This document shows positions 46,333-56,618 of a DNA stretch of 64,000 nt, piece by piece. The stretch's first letter is position 1; each line of letters begins with the position of its first letter. The notes below the pieces were generated by a model that was not told the DNA's origin, did no database searches, and worked only from the letters and a program-made list of their open reading frames with translations. A program made the translations under genes and the position numbers. Source of the stretch: an uncultured virus (IMG/VR IMGVR_UViG_3300027861_004722) (taxonomy: Duplodnaviria > Heunggongvirae > Uroviricota > Caudoviricetes); IMG/VR virus record IMGVR_UViG_3300027861_004722. One strand, given 5' to 3'.

Positions 46333-48588
46333 TCAATCCTTTTCCCTTGTATGATTGACTACGAACACGACCGCCTCTTTGAGCGATTGCATAGTATAAC
46401 CAGATTTAATCATATTGTCAACAGTCGCGGTAACCAACTCTCGCCAGTCCTCCGGGACGCGTTTCCAATCTTCAGTTTCATAGAGAGGAATAAATTCTTT
46501 AATCCTCTTCAATTGAGTTTTTGTCTCCCCTTCACTGTTCCTTCGCAAGATCTCGAAAAGATCTGAGAATAAAACTGCAAAAGGGATGCCCTTCGTAACA
46601 TCTACACCGGGCTCTCGTGTCCAAGCCGCTATTTTAGCGAAAAACTCACGACGACGTTCTTTATGGTCAGAACTGCTAATTTCAAGCTTTTCCTCCATTC
46701 TTCTCATCAAATGCTCATTGGGGTTCTCGTAAGCCCCCGTTTGAGCATTTTTTACCTTCTCATCTTTAATCCAGGCTTTGACATGGATAATGTAATCTTG
46801 GAAGAGATTTCCATAAGCGTCATCACTGATTAAGCCAGCCGCCTTTTGTAGATCCTTACTGACCTCTCGGCAGTATCTGGTCTGCACTAAGGCTAGAACT
46901 TCCTCGGGAGGCAAGAATCCTTTCTCATATTGTGGGTAGGACTCATTATTTTCCTCGTGTAATCTGACAAACTCATATACACTTGCGTTTTTATTGACAG
47001 CTTCAATCGTAGAGAATACAGATAATGGAGATAAGAAATTATTTTTACCTTTTTGGTGGATAGCGTCCACAACAATATTTTCTATATCCCGGTAGCTAGC
47101 ACCACTTCTCCCTTCATAAGAGGCATCATCTACCCCATTACCAATTAATCGAGACCGGTCGTCCTCATACTCTAGAGCAATATCCACTAGATCACGTTCT
47201 AGCCCAAGACGAGCTTTAGGCGACCACAATATAGGACCATCTCCAGAATTGTAAAGCTCAACTTTTTCTAGATGGGTAAGTTTCTTGGCCTCATCATGTT
47301 TTGATTTACGGAGTCTGGTCATAATACCCCACAGAGATAAAATGTCCACCGTATGAGGAGCAACGTGGCTATCTTCTCCAGTAGATGATTTACCTACATG
47401 CTCTGCAATCAATCTACCACAGATTTTCTTTTCATCGTCCCACTTCAAAACATAAGGAACTCTTACCGGAGCAAATCGACCATTAAAGGATGGCCAGTCT
47501 GGGTGAATCTTGAAGGCACTAAGGTTTTTCTCATTATCCGTCGCAAAAAGAACACAGTCTAGTTGTGCGGTAAATCCAGGTAAGCTAATTGTGCCCCATT
47601 CAGCAGTAGTTAGAAGGTATTTATTGTCATTGACATGACGTTTGAATATTTCCGAGAATTCAACAATACCCCTACTGGCATCAACGAGATCCCCGAAAGG
47701 CTCATACATGCTAGACATAGCCAAAATCTTGGGAATTCTGTAAGAACGCTCTAAGTTTAGTGGTCGAGAGTTTGCGTCAGCATTTCTCTGTGGATCAATA
47801 GATACCAGGCCCTTACGGAAAAGCTTAGAGTAGTAAAAGCGCTCCACCTGAACATGGCGAATTATCTGGGTCCAATCACCATCATAGCTTACTGATAGCT
47901 GCGTGAAGATTTCCTGGCTCTTCTGGCTAAGCTCTGCCGTATAAAGATGATGAGGCTTTGGGATACCAATATGTTCCAGAAACAAAGCTCGCTCAACCCT
48001 AGGAATGAGCAGTAAAGGATTATCCTTCATCCCACAAGCTAGCTTGAAGGTAATATCTTCCGGATCGGTGAAGGCAAGGGATTCCGCGTCGTAATCCTTA
48101 TTACGGCCTTCTCCACCAAACCCCAGTCCCGCTTCCTTGTCTCCTGCGTCAGAGAACACCCAGTTAAAGGCGAATACCGCCCCCTCAGGTTTGCGAGAGT
48201 AAGCTTCCATAGCCCCCAACATTGAAGCAACAAGGGAGGTCTTGGCCGCGCCATTTGGCCCATGAAGCAGAATTATTTTATTGGTGCGATTTTCCGCAAA
48301 GGAGCAGATATAGTTGTATATCTGGTTCTGCGCTATCTCTTGCCCATAAACAGGGCAGAATTTATCAAATATTTCCCAGCGGAGAACTTTCTCCCCAGAT
48401 GTATGAACTACCTCATAGGAGCCATAGTGCTCAAAGACGTCTTTAAGGTATTGAGCAGAGTTTCTGCAATACTTACTGGGGTCCTCTTCTACATGCTTCA
48501 GGAATCCCTGAAACGATTTAATTGTTTCATTATCGTCAAACCGAGACTTAATCGAATCAGCAAGTCGTTTTAGATCGAAATTACCCAT
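46333..48588 (-). CDS. Second, divergent PrkA/YeaG-like AAA+ paralogue
   Basis: IILLHGPNGAAKTS, M.DNPLLLIP, GDLVDASRGIVEFSE, HVAPHT, YEGRSGASYR. Confidence 0.85.
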   Translation of the reverse strand: MGNFDLKRLADSIKSRFDDNETIKSFQGFLKHVEEDPSKYCRNSAQYLKDVFEHYGSYEVVHTSGEKVLRWEIFDKFCPVYGQEIAQNQIYNYICSFAENRTNKIILLHGPNGAAKTSLVASMLGAMEAYSRKPEGAVFAFNWVFSDAGDKEAGLGFGGEGRNKDYDAESLAFTDPEDITFKLACGMKDNPLLLIPRVERALFLEHIGIPKPHHLYTAELSQKSQEIFTQLSVSYDGDWTQIIRHVQVERFYYSKLFRKGLVSIDPQRNADANSRPLNLERSYRIPKILAMSSMYEPFGDLVDASRGIVEFSEIFKRHVNDNKYLLTTAEWGTISLPGFTAQLDCVLFATDNEKNLSAFKIHPDWPSFNGRFAPVRVPYVLKWDDEKKICGRLIAEHVGKSSTGEDSHVAPHTVDILSLWGIMTRLRKSKHDEAKKLTHLEKVELYNSGDGPILWSPKARLGLERDLVDIALEYEDDRSRLIGNGVDDASYEGRSGASYRDIENIVVDAIHQKGKNNFLSPLSVFSTIEAVNKNASVYEFVRLHEENNESYPQYEKGFLPPEEVLALVQTRYCREVSKDLQKAAGLISDDAYGNLFQDYIIHVKAWIKDEKVKNAQTGAYENPNEHLMRRMEEKLEISSSDHKERRREFFAKIAAWTREPGVDVTKGIPFAVLFSDLFEILRRNSEGETKTQLKRIKEFIPLYETEDWKRVPEDWRELVTATVDNMIKSGYTMQSLKEAVVFVVNHTREKD

Positions 48589-48713
48589 TTATTTTAGTCG
48601 TCCTGTCTCGCTGGCCGCCCAATATTGGACTCAAGTGCCCCAAGTATAAGGGCAAATTTAATTCTGGCAAGAGTTAGCGCAGAAGAATTTTAAATGCTAA
48701 AATAGGCAGTATA

Positions 48714-49493
48714 ATGAACAATGAATTTAAGAATGTCTTTTTAGTTTGTCTGGATTATGGTGATGACCTGAATCATGTAGTATCCAGAACACCCTCCTTA
48801 AAAAAAGCCCGACATGCAGCAAATCTAGCCAAAGAGCGTTGGCCAGATAAAGGAGTTTACATCACAGTAGAAAAACTTCTAGATCAAAACTTACTAGAAG
48901 GACCACAAACGCCGCCCACATCACCAGGACCTTCAGGGACTATCTGTATTTGCGGAGCAAACGAGGGCGGGTGCCTCAGCAATTTAAGCTGTCGATGCCC
49001 AGCCATAGCCAGTTGCAAGCAGGTTCCTCTAAATATGGGGCCTTATGCCTATGGGGAGCAAACCCAGCAAATGGGCGAATTAGATCCTGCTGAGATAAAT
49101 ATAGTGAGTATCCGCCGAGGGATTATTGAGGTGGTCATTCCTGACTGGAACCCAGAGGAGACTATAGGTTTGTCCCCAGATGAGATCCCGCGAGATATTT
49201 TGCCACAACTTGAGCCTGGCGTCATATTAGAGGCAGACATAAATCTAGAAGCAGAGTCTTCTGAAGACCTGTCCTTGCAAAATATACGACTTGTTTACGA
49301 AGACGAAGAAGAGGAAACCTCAGAGGAGCCCGCAGATTTTAACCTTTACGGGTATTCCAGCCCTCCGTTAAATGATTACGAAGAAGATTCCGAAGAGATG
49401 GGAGAAGATAATTATCTCGAATTGCCAGATTCTACAGATGAGATTAGGGCAGAACAAACAAATATAGAGGAAAATAATTCTCATGAAGAATAA
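48714..49493 (+). CDS. Hypothetical protein with Cys cluster and acidic tail
   Basis: 259 aa ORF. Confidence 0.55.
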   Translation: MNNEFKNVFLVCLDYGDDLNHVVSRTPSLKKARHAANLAKERWPDKGVYITVEKLLDQNLLEGPQTPPTSPGPSGTICICGANEGGCLSNLSCRCPAIASCKQVPLNMGPYAYGEQTQQMGELDPAEINIVSIRRGIIEVVIPDWNPEETIGLSPDEIPRDILPQLEPGVILEADINLEAESSEDLSLQNIRLVYEDEEEETSEEPADFNLYGYSSPPLNDYEEDSEEMGEDNYLELPDSTDEIRAEQTNIEENNSHEE

Positions 49494-49525
49494 TATTTGT
49501 TACTATAATAGGGAGGTAGAAACTT

Positions 49526-50311
49526 ATGAACTTTTTCGGTAATTTTTTTGGCGACATAACAGGAGCGGAGGCTGCCGCACAAATTAAACGATATTCCATG
49601 CACGATGCGGCAAGGAAGAGAGCTGACAACTTTGCAATCTGGGCCAATATGTATGCTGCCCCTTATGCAAGAAGTCTAAGGCCCTCCTCTAAGAGTAATC
49701 AAAGAGCCAAGGCACTAGCTGCAAAACCTGATTCTGGTATTAAAGCAATAGCAGAAGTTTCTAAAATAGCTGATAAGCTGGTAGATACCAAAAAAGCACA
49801 AGTAGAAGTAAAGAAAGAAATTAAGAAGAGCCTTACTCAGGGAGACAGCAACAAAGCTCTTAATCTTGCACAAACAAACAAGAAACTGGAAAAAAAGGCC
49901 ATAGTTATAGAAAAACAACTCAATAACCGAGTATCAGAAGGGGTTAAGTTAGCACAAGCCAAGAACGCATCTCAAGGGTCTCGCAAAGAAGTAGTCCAAC
50001 TCCGCCACGCCCATAAACAAGCGGCTCCTCATTTAGCAACCGCCTGGGCAAAGCACGATGCTCTGTATGAGCAAAGCAGATTGCGTATCATAATTAAGCA
50101 TGATCAGGCTGATATGCAAGCTGTTTCTGAGAAGTCCAGACTAGCACATATGCCGAGAGGTCCACAAAAAGATGCTATGATGGAGCGGGCTCGCAAGAAA
50201 GATGCTAAGAGAAGGGTTGATCAGGAATTAGAGCTAGCTAAGGTAGACCAAGCCGAAGCAGGACGCCTAGACGCACGAGCCAAATCAGCTGGCCTCAAAA
50301 GAATGAACTAG
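49526..50311 (+). CDS. Hypothetical basic helical protein
   Basis: 261 aa; TATAAT and GGAGG upstream; begins MNFFGNFFGD. Confidence 0.65.
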   Translation: MNFFGNFFGDITGAEAAAQIKRYSMHDAARKRADNFAIWANMYAAPYARSLRPSSKSNQRAKALAAKPDSGIKAIAEVSKIADKLVDTKKAQVEVKKEIKKSLTQGDSNKALNLAQTNKKLEKKAIVIEKQLNNRVSEGVKLAQAKNASQGSRKEVVQLRHAHKQAAPHLATAWAKHDALYEQSRLRIIIKHDQADMQAVSEKSRLAHMPRGPQKDAMMERARKKDAKRRVDQELELAKVDQAEAGRLDARAKSAGLKRMN

Positions 50312-50320
50312 TATAAACAG

Positions 50321-50354
50321 AAAAAGCCCACACAAATAAATGTGAGGGCTTTTC
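50321..50354. terminator. Bidirectional terminator-like hairpin between 49526..50311 and tRNA-Gly
   Basis: AAAAAGCCC-ACAC...TGTG-AGGGCTTTT. Confidence 0.6.
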
Positions 50355-50373
50355 TGGACCTAGCAGTATCTAA

Positions 50374-50444
50374 AGCGGCCACTGGAATTCGAATCCAGAA
50401 AGAGAGCTTGGAAGGCTCGCATGTTACCATTACATCATGGCCGC
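50374..50444 (-). tRNA. tRNA-Gly (anticodon TCC), CCA not encoded
   Basis: Reverse complement GCGGCCATGATGTAATGGTAACATGCGAGCCTTCCAAGCTCTCTTTCTGGATTCGAATTCCAGTGGCCGCT: acceptor stem GCGGCCA/TGGCCGC, T-loop TTCGAAT, anticodon loop CTTCCAA. Confidence 0.9.
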
Positions 50445-50459
50445 GTGCTTACCCTTTAA

Positions 50460-50488
50460 ATACTAGCACTCCACCAACCCCCCGTCAA
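50460..50488 (-). promoter_or_regulatory. Sigma70-type promoter for tRNA-Gly
   Basis: Minus strand TTGACG-17 nt-(TG-c)TAGTAT. Confidence 0.65.
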
Positions 50489-50558
50489 GACTTGTAGCTA
50501 AAAACAAAAAAATTTGTAAAACTCTTTTAAATAAGTTATTATTGAAGAGGAGTTCTAT

Positions 50559-51152
50559 ATGTACATATCAAATAATATTGGCAGTTACGGCGGTTTAGAA
50601 AGTTTTTGGGGCGCAGAAGAAAATACAGCAGCCAAAGAGGTGGCGGCAAAGGATATCGCTAAGATAGCAAAACAGCCCCAAAGCACCTATGCGAATCCTG
50701 TAGACTTTATACCAAAACAAAAGATACAGATGAATTCTTTTGACGCAATGAAATTTCTCATTAAGCGCCCTGTAAGAGACCTTAAATTCCGACCCAGCAA
50801 CCCCAAGGTCAGCAATGGAAAGGTTTACTGGACCACAGCAGGACCTTCCTTTTCCCCCAACCCGATACCCTTGGGAAAATTACCCAAAAAAATAAAAGCT
50901 CCCACCATTAAAACGGAGCCAAGAACCACTACCATCCGAGATTTGCCAATAGTGCCCAACCTAGAACCTATAGAAGTAGTCGAGGCCACAGCACCCGCTA
51001 AAGCACCCGCTAAAGCACCCGCCAAAGCACCCGCTAAAGCACCCGCAGCTCTAAGTGGTTTTTTTGGTGAAGCCGCCAGCAGTAACAAATTGAGTATAGT
51101 GGTTGTTCTAGGTTTGCTATTTCTGTTACTTCGCAGTTATAATAAATCATAA
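50559..51152 (+). CDS. Hypothetical protein with APAK repeats and C-terminal transmembrane anchor
   Basis: GAGGAG RBS; (APAK)4; tail LSIVVVLGLLFLLLR. Confidence 0.65.
   Translation: MYISNNIGSYGGLESFWGAEENTAAKEVAAKDIAKIAKQPQSTYANPVDFIPKQKIQMNSFDAMKFLIKRPVRDLKFRPSNPKVSNGKVYWTTAGPSFSPNPIPLGKLPKKIKAPTIKTEPRTTTIRDLPIVPNLEPIEVVEATAPAKAPAKAPAKAPAKAPAALSGFFGEAASSNKLSIVVVLGLLFLLLRSYNKS
50991..51046 (+). repeat. 12-nt coding tandem repeat GCACCCGCYAAA (~4.7 copies)
   Basis: Seen directly; encodes APAK. Confidence 0.85.
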
Positions 51153-51298
51153 TTACACAAAGGGTCCCCATGATTTGCCATAGTATAATAGAAAAGTTCT
51201 ATCAATTTTCAATTTATGGGTACCAGTTTTATTCTTTTCAAGAACCCATCGCACTAGCACTGCTAGGGATGATATGTAACTTTCAGTAAGGACACTAG

Positions 51299-52654
51299 AT
51301 GCTGCACGATGAACCAAATAACAAAGAACTAAAGGCGATAGAAAAAGAGGCAAGGGGGTCCCAACCAGAGAGCGATGATTTGCTTTCTGTTTACATGAAG
51401 CAGATGGGAAAGATACCTCTACTGAAGAGGGATTCTGAGTTACATCTTGCAAAAACCATTGATCATTTCAGGCAAGGTGGAAGAAACTTACTGTTGTCCT
51501 TTGAGCCCTTCTTTTTCGAAGCAGTTACTACCGTAGATGCAGTAATCCAGGGCACCAGGGCTCAAGATCGAACTATTAAAATAAAAGGAAATTCCCCACT
51601 AGCAGAAATTAGCAAGGAAGAAACCAAAGAAAGAATCAAAAAGTACTTAGAACAAATCAAAATCTTGAAAGCCCGTCTCAGCGTAGCCCCTCATGATCAT
51701 GTGAGAAAAACCTATTACAAAGTAGGGATAGAACTACTAGAAAGATGTGGGCTACAAATAAAATTCTTTCACGCAATGTATCAGGACTTACTAAAAATAA
51801 ATCCTGATGACTATAACGATGAAGAATTTAACATGACTTGGGAGGAGTTCCTTGCAAAAAGAGAAATAACTAGACTACAATTTGATATTTATGAGGATGC
51901 TAAGCGAGATCTTGCAAATGGCAATCTAAGACTGGTAGTGAGTATAGCTAAGAAATATAGAAATAACAAAGTCGCTTTCCTTGATATTATACAAGAAGGG
52001 AACGCAGGCCTAATGCGTGCAGTAGAGAAGTATGAATATCGCCGTGGTTTTAAATTTTCCACTTATGCCACTTGGTGGATTAGACAAAGTATCACTCGCA
52101 GCCTAAGTGATTCCTCCAGAGTAATAAGACTGCCAGTCCACATTGTTGAGCAGCTATCAAAAATAGAGAAAGCAACTAAACTACTTGCACAAAAGTCTGG
52201 AGAAGAGCCCAGCCCAGAAGATATAGTAAAGGAAGTTAGGGTTTCTTTTAAGTATCCCGATTTTACTCTCAATGACTACTATCGTATCAAGAAGGTAGCC
52301 AAAACCCCCGTATCTTTAGATAAACCAGTAACCTCTGATTCCGAGGAAAGCCTTTTTGGGGATCTACTGGAAGACAGGAAGCACGAAAGCCCCGTCCAAG
52401 CAGCCGCCAAGAACATCCTAAAGGAAAAACTTTTAGAGACCATTGGTAGTCTCTCAGTTAGAGAGCGAGAAATAGTTAAGCTGCGCTTTGGCCTAGGAGA
52501 TGGATACATCTATACACTGGAAGAAGTAGGGAGAATATTTAAGGTTACCCGGGAACGTGTTCGTCAGATAGAAGCTAAAGCACTAAGAAAATTACGACAT
52601 CCCAGTCGATCAAAGCAATTAGAGAGTTTTGTTGATAAAAAGCTATTATCTTAA
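51299..52654 (+). CDS. rpoD: RpoD-like group 1 sigma70 factor lacking region 1.1
   Basis: Region 1.2 ([11 protein letters not shown]...E), region 2 ([38 protein letters not shown]), region 4 ([27 protein letters not shown]). Confidence 0.93.
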   Translation: MLHDEPNNKELKAIEKEARGSQPESDDLLSVYMKQMGKIPLLKRDSELHLAKTIDHFRQGGRNLLLSFEPFFFEAVTTVDAVIQGTRAQDRTIKIKGNSPLAEISKEETKERIKKYLEQIKILKARLSVAPHDHVRKTYYKVGIELLERCGLQIKFFHAMYQDLLKINPDDYNDEEFNMTWEEFLAKREITRLQFDIYEDAKRDLANGNLRLVVSIAKKYRNNKVAFLDIIQEGNAGLMRAVEKYEYRRGFKFSTYATWWIRQSITRSLSDSSRVIRLPVHIVEQLSKIEKATKLLAQKSGEEPSPEDIVKEVRVSFKYPDFTLNDYYRIKKVAKTPVSLDKPVTSDSEESLFGDLLEDRKHESPVQAAAKNILKEKLLETIGSLSVREREIVKLRFGLGDGYIYTLEEVGRIFKVTRERVRQIEAKALRKLRHPSRSKQLESFVDKKLLS

Positions 52655-52728
52655 TCAAAAAACTTTGTCCTAAGCCCGTCTTGATATGTCAGATCCATTT
52701 GTTAAACTCATAACAAACAGGAGTTTAC

Positions 52729-53346
52729 GTGACATTGATACCGGTTATAGGTTGGTATGATACTGACCAAAAGCAGAGATTTGACGCAAGCCTCGCGCCT
52801 GACCCCAAACAAGTGGACCAACCACTATTTAAATCCTGGGTCAGAGTCCCAGAACTTCAGTTTAAGGTAAAGATCCTAAACAAAGAACTAGATGAAGCCC
52901 TTAAGGCAGAGGGCAAGCCGGGGCTTCTGCCCACTAGATCTAACGCCACAGACGCAGGAATAGATCTGCGAGCAGCAGAGGACATCACGCTCGCCCCCTG
53001 GGCGTGCGGGGACCTTTGCCTTGAAGTGAGCGAATCCCACCGCGCCATTGTTTCCACAGGAATAGCAGTCGAGGTACCTCCAGGGTTAGCTCTTTTTATT
53101 CAGGACAGAAGCGGCATGTCAGCAAAACACGGAATACACCGAGTAGCGGGGACTGTAGACTCTGGTTACAGGGGGGAGGTAAAGGTTGCTTTAGTAAACC
53201 TCTCCCAAAAAGAGTATCACATTAAAAAAGGCGACCGTATAGCGCAGGCTGTATTGCAGCCAGTTATTCTAGCATGCCCCGTAGAGGTAGATGAGCTAAG
53301 TGACACCGCTCGTGGCACTGGTGGTTTTGGGAGCACAGGACGTTAA
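52729..53346 (+). CDS. dut: Trimeric dUTPase
   Basis: AGIDL, DRSG, GTVDSGYRGE, GDRIAQ, RGTGGFGSTG. Confidence 0.95.
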   Translation: MTLIPVIGWYDTDQKQRFDASLAPDPKQVDQPLFKSWVRVPELQFKVKILNKELDEALKAEGKPGLLPTRSNATDAGIDLRAAEDITLAPWACGDLCLEVSESHRAIVSTGIAVEVPPGLALFIQDRSGMSAKHGIHRVAGTVDSGYRGEVKVALVNLSQKEYHIKKGDRIAQAVLQPVILACPVEVDELSDTARGTGGFGSTGR

Positions 53347-53810
53347 TGCAGCATTTTGACGACTACCAACTCTTTACAGACACGACAGCTATTTACCCTT
53401 CCGACATAGGGCTACCTTATGCAACCCTGGGATTATTAGGCGAATCAGGAGAATACGCGGAAAAAATATTAGATGTAGCTAATTTTAGAAAAATCGTCCC
53501 CAAGTTTGAGCAGATAGGCCCTTATGAAGAATTTAAGGAAATACTCAAACAAGCAGCAGAGCTTGGGCAGAAAGCTGAAAAATTAAAAAAGGCCCTTAGA
53601 GATGGGAATAAAAAAATGCCCCCGGTTGTGATCTTCAGCGGAGACGAAAGAGATGAGCTAGTAAAAGAGTTAGGCGATACCCAACATTATATTGCTCGAA
53701 ATGCTAGACATTTACAGGTTGAATTATCACAGGTTGCATATCAAAATGTAAAAAAGATAGCCAGCCGGAAACAGCGCGGAGTCATAAAAGGAAAAGGAGA
53801 CAATAGATGA
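53346..53810 (+). CDS. MazG-like nucleotide pyrophosphohydrolase
   Basis: TAIYP, LGL.GE.GE, KELGD, N..K..SR..RG.I.G.GDNR. Confidence 0.85.
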   Translation: MQHFDDYQLFTDTTAIYPSDIGLPYATLGLLGESGEYAEKILDVANFRKIVPKFEQIGPYEEFKEILKQAAELGQKAEKLKKALRDGNKKMPPVVIFSGDERDELVKELGDTQHYIARNARHLQVELSQVAYQNVKKIASRKQRGVIKGKGDNR

Positions 53811-54406
53811 AAAAACCAAAAATACTAGCTTTCGGGCACAAAAGTCGCACAGGGAAAGACACGGCAACTAGGTTATTAATTGATTTTATCAATAAGACGT
53901 GCCCAGCAGTTTCTGTGGAAAGAAGAGCTTTCGCAGATAAGGTAAAAGAGATATCCTATCAGCTGTATAGATATGCTGGCATGAAGCCAGCAGCGCACTA
54001 TGATCTTCATGCAGAAGATAGGGCTGTTATACTACCTCTTCTAGGGATGGATCCTGTTGAAGTTTGGGTCGGTGTGGGAAATAAGATCAGAGACATATAC
54101 CAGGATACCTGGATTGATATAGCTTTATTAGATTGTGACGCAGAACTAATTATTGTTAGTGATTTGCGCTACCCCAACGAAGCCGATAGAATACGAAGAT
54201 TAGGCGGCTTTTGCGTGAAAATAGAGCGGGATGACGCCGCAATCCGCGACACTGTAGCGGATAACGCACTTAATGATTACCAAGATTGGGACTTGGTTCT
54301 AGAAAATAATTCAACCCAGGAAGCCTTACAGGAACAGCTTATATCCCTCATAGAGAAACTCGGATGGTTGTCAGAGGTTCGAGATGACGCCATTGCCCCA
54401 ATGTAA
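53807..54406 (+). CDS. Deoxynucleoside monophosphate kinase
   Basis: GHKSRTGKDT, FADKVK, VSDLRYPNE. Confidence 0.85.
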   Translation: MKKPKILAFGHKSRTGKDTATRLLIDFINKTCPAVSVERRAFADKVKEISYQLYRYAGMKPAAHYDLHAEDRAVILPLLGMDPVEVWVGVGNKIRDIYQDTWIDIALLDCDAELIIVSDLRYPNEADRIRRLGGFCVKIERDDAAIRDTVADNALNDYQDWDLVLENNSTQEALQEQLISLIEKLGWLSEVRDDAIAPM

Positions 54407-54560
54407 GTGGTGTTCATTATTGATACCACGGACAGCCAGTAATTTACCTTTATTTAGCGATGGGTATATGTATTGTAATGAAACTTGTAGAGATAAACAC
54501 CAGTTTCACCACAAAATAGCTAAGAGGATACTTAGAAAACTACAAAGGCATTGTTCATGA
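54384..54560 (+). CDS. Small zinc-finger-like protein (58 aa; below the ORF-track cutoff)
   Basis: MTPLPQCKWC...YCNETC...; GAGG RBS; ATGA overlap with the next gene. Confidence 0.5.
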   Translation: MTPLPQCKWCSLLIPRTASNLPLFSDGYMYCNETCRDKHQFHHKIAKRILRKLQRHCS

Positions 54561-54922
54561 AAATAGAAATAGGAAAAATTTACAAAATTGCATTAGAGGA
54601 TTCTTACCTCTTAAGAAAAGTAACACACACCTCCCCACGACTAGCACAAAGATATCCCACATACGGGCATCTGCAAGGAAAGAGAGTTATAGTCTTATCG
54701 AAAGGACCTGGAACAAGCCTTAAAGTAGGTCTCTTGCAGCCTCTGCTGAATCAGCCCCTCGTCGGTTTTTGGCTAACTCTAGGGGAAAAATGGCTGGCAC
54801 CTCAAACCGCCCAAAGCACACAAATACCAACTTGTAAATGTTCCATGAAGATTCTTATGTGCCAAGGATGCCAGTGCGGCGCTTTCTCTATGGAAAAATT
54901 CGCAGATAGTTTACACTGGTAA
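54557..54922 (+). CDS. Hypothetical protein with near-C-terminal CxC-x8-GCxCG motif
   Basis: CKCSMKILMCQGCQCGA. Confidence 0.55.
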   Translation: MKIEIGKIYKIALEDSYLLRKVTHTSPRLAQRYPTYGHLQGKRVIVLSKGPGTSLKVGLLQPLLNQPLVGFWLTLGEKWLAPQTAQSTQIPTCKCSMKILMCQGCQCGAFSMEKFADSLHW

Positions 54923-54931
54923 GGAAATAAT

Positions 54932-55822
54932 ATGGAACAGCACCCGGAACATCAATACTTAGACCTATTAAGAGACATCCTAGATAAGGGCACTGACAAA
55001 GGTGATCGCACCGGTACAGGTAACCGATATATCTTCTCTCAGCACATGAGATTCTCGCTTAGAGATTACTTTCCTATTCTAACTACTAAGCGTGTCTATT
55101 GGCGCGGAGTAGTTGAGGAGTTACTATTTTTTCTTCGCGGGGATACTAATAGTAAGCACTTGGAAGAAAAAAAGGTAAAAATCTGGATGGGCAATACCAG
55201 TCGAGAGTTTCTTGATAAAAAAGGCCTAACGATGCTCCCTGAAGGGGACATTGGAACCTCTTATTCCCACCAGTGGAGAAACTTTGGGGGAGAACACCCA
55301 CTTATCCCAGAAACCAAGGGTATGAAAGGGTTTGATCAAGTTCAGTATATTATAGATATGCTAAAAACCAATCCTCTCGATAGAAGAATGATTATAAGTG
55401 GCTGGGCACCCAATCAAATGCATCATATGGCACTACCTCCCTGCCACGTCGCCTACTTTTTCAATGTTAACCCTAAGACTAATGAGCTTAACTGCCACAT
55501 GACACAGAGATCCTGTGATACCTTCCTAGGAGTGCCCTTTAATATTTCCTCAATGGCCCTGATGACTTGTCTATTTGCTAGAGTAGCTGGAATGAACGCT
55601 GGGGAGATTAGTTGGCTTGGTGTTGATGTCCACCTATACAGAGACCACATAGAATCTGGTGCAGTAGAAGAGCAGCTATCTAGGGAACCCAGACCTTTCC
55701 CAACTCTTGATATCAAGAAGGAACTTAACAGCTTAGAAGATATAGAAGCTCTTACTTACGAAGATCTAAAGTTAGTTGGCTACAAACCACACAAATCAAT
55801 CAAAGCAAAGATGGCAGTATGA
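54932..55822 (+). CDS. thyA: Thymidylate synthase
   Basis: DRTGTG, LTTKRV, MALPPCH, QRSCD..LGVPFN, H.Y..H. Confidence 0.97.
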   Translation: MEQHPEHQYLDLLRDILDKGTDKGDRTGTGNRYIFSQHMRFSLRDYFPILTTKRVYWRGVVEELLFFLRGDTNSKHLEEKKVKIWMGNTSREFLDKKGLTMLPEGDIGTSYSHQWRNFGGEHPLIPETKGMKGFDQVQYIIDMLKTNPLDRRMIISGWAPNQMHHMALPPCHVAYFFNVNPKTNELNCHMTQRSCDTFLGVPFNISSMALMTCLFARVAGMNAGEISWLGVDVHLYRDHIESGAVEEQLSREPRPFPTLDIKKELNSLEDIEALTYEDLKLVGYKPHKSIKAKMAV

Positions 55823-56124
55823 AAAAGTATAAGAAATTACAAGAACTAGTAGATCGCATAGGGCATGTGGCCCAAGATCGCAACTGGGACAAAAGCTGTT
55901 TCAGTGGTGGCTGTTACATTCATCTAGAAGTTAGTGAATTTATCGAAGCTTTGCGAGGAAAGGGTGATAGTACTCCAGAAGAAGAGGCTGGCGACATACT
56001 AGTAGCTCTCTTCGCGGTACTCGATTGGTATAAAATACCAATTGCAGAAGTCCTTAACAATGCCAAAAAGGCTATTAAGACACTTGAGGAGGACCCAGAC
56101 GTAGGTAGGCATGGAAGTAACTGA
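55819..56124 (+). CDS. MazG-like NTP pyrophosphohydrolase
   Basis: EVSEFIEA...EEAGDIL. Confidence 0.7.
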   Translation: MKKYKKLQELVDRIGHVAQDRNWDKSCFSGGCYIHLEVSEFIEALRGKGDSTPEEEAGDILVALFAVLDWYKIPIAEVLNNAKKAIKTLEEDPDVGRHGSN

Positions 56125-56605
56125 TCAAAAAATATCTATGATAGTCTGTATGACTGAAGATCATGTAATCGGAAAAGACAATGATTTGCCTTGGCCCAAA
56201 ATCAAGGAAGATATGAAGCACTTCAGAAAGATAACTATGGGCCACCCAATAATTATGGGCCGAAAGACGTGGGATTCTATACCAGAGAAGTATAGACCCT
56301 TACCTGGGCGAACAAACATCGTAATAACCAGACAAAAAGATCTAAAACTAAAGGGTGCTGAGGTATGTGATTCTCTTACTGCGGCTATAGACTTTGCTCT
56401 CGACTACGCCGGATCAGAAGTTTTTATTATCGGAGGTGCTTCACTCTATAAAGCAGCCATGCCCTTTGCAGATAAGATCTATCTTACTGTTATTAAAGGC
56501 ACTTACGAAGGAGATACCTTCTTTCCAGAGATCGATCAAAACAAGTGGTCTAAACAAATATTGAAAGAAACTAAAAATGCCTCTTTCCAATTGCTTACGC
56601 GTTGA
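56111..56605 (+). CDS. folA: Dihydrofolate reductase
   Basis: VIG..NDLPW, IMGRKTWDS, PLPGR.NIV, IIGGA.LY, GDTFFP. Confidence 0.97.
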   Translation: MEVTDQKISMIVCMTEDHVIGKDNDLPWPKIKEDMKHFRKITMGHPIIMGRKTWDSIPEKYRPLPGRTNIVITRQKDLKLKGAEVCDSLTAAIDFALDYAGSEVFIIGGASLYKAAMPFADKIYLTVIKGTYEGDTFFPEIDQNKWSKQILKETKNASFQLLTR

Positions 56606-56618
56606 TAGAATACTAGAT

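Noticed and set aside
21096..52654. Bacterial chromosome origin suggested by clpC, prfA, rpoD, prkA and spoVR
   Set aside because: These genes lack their normal operon neighbours and are interspersed with phage-type primase-helicase, SSB, dNMP kinase, fibre genes and many small orphans in similar composition.
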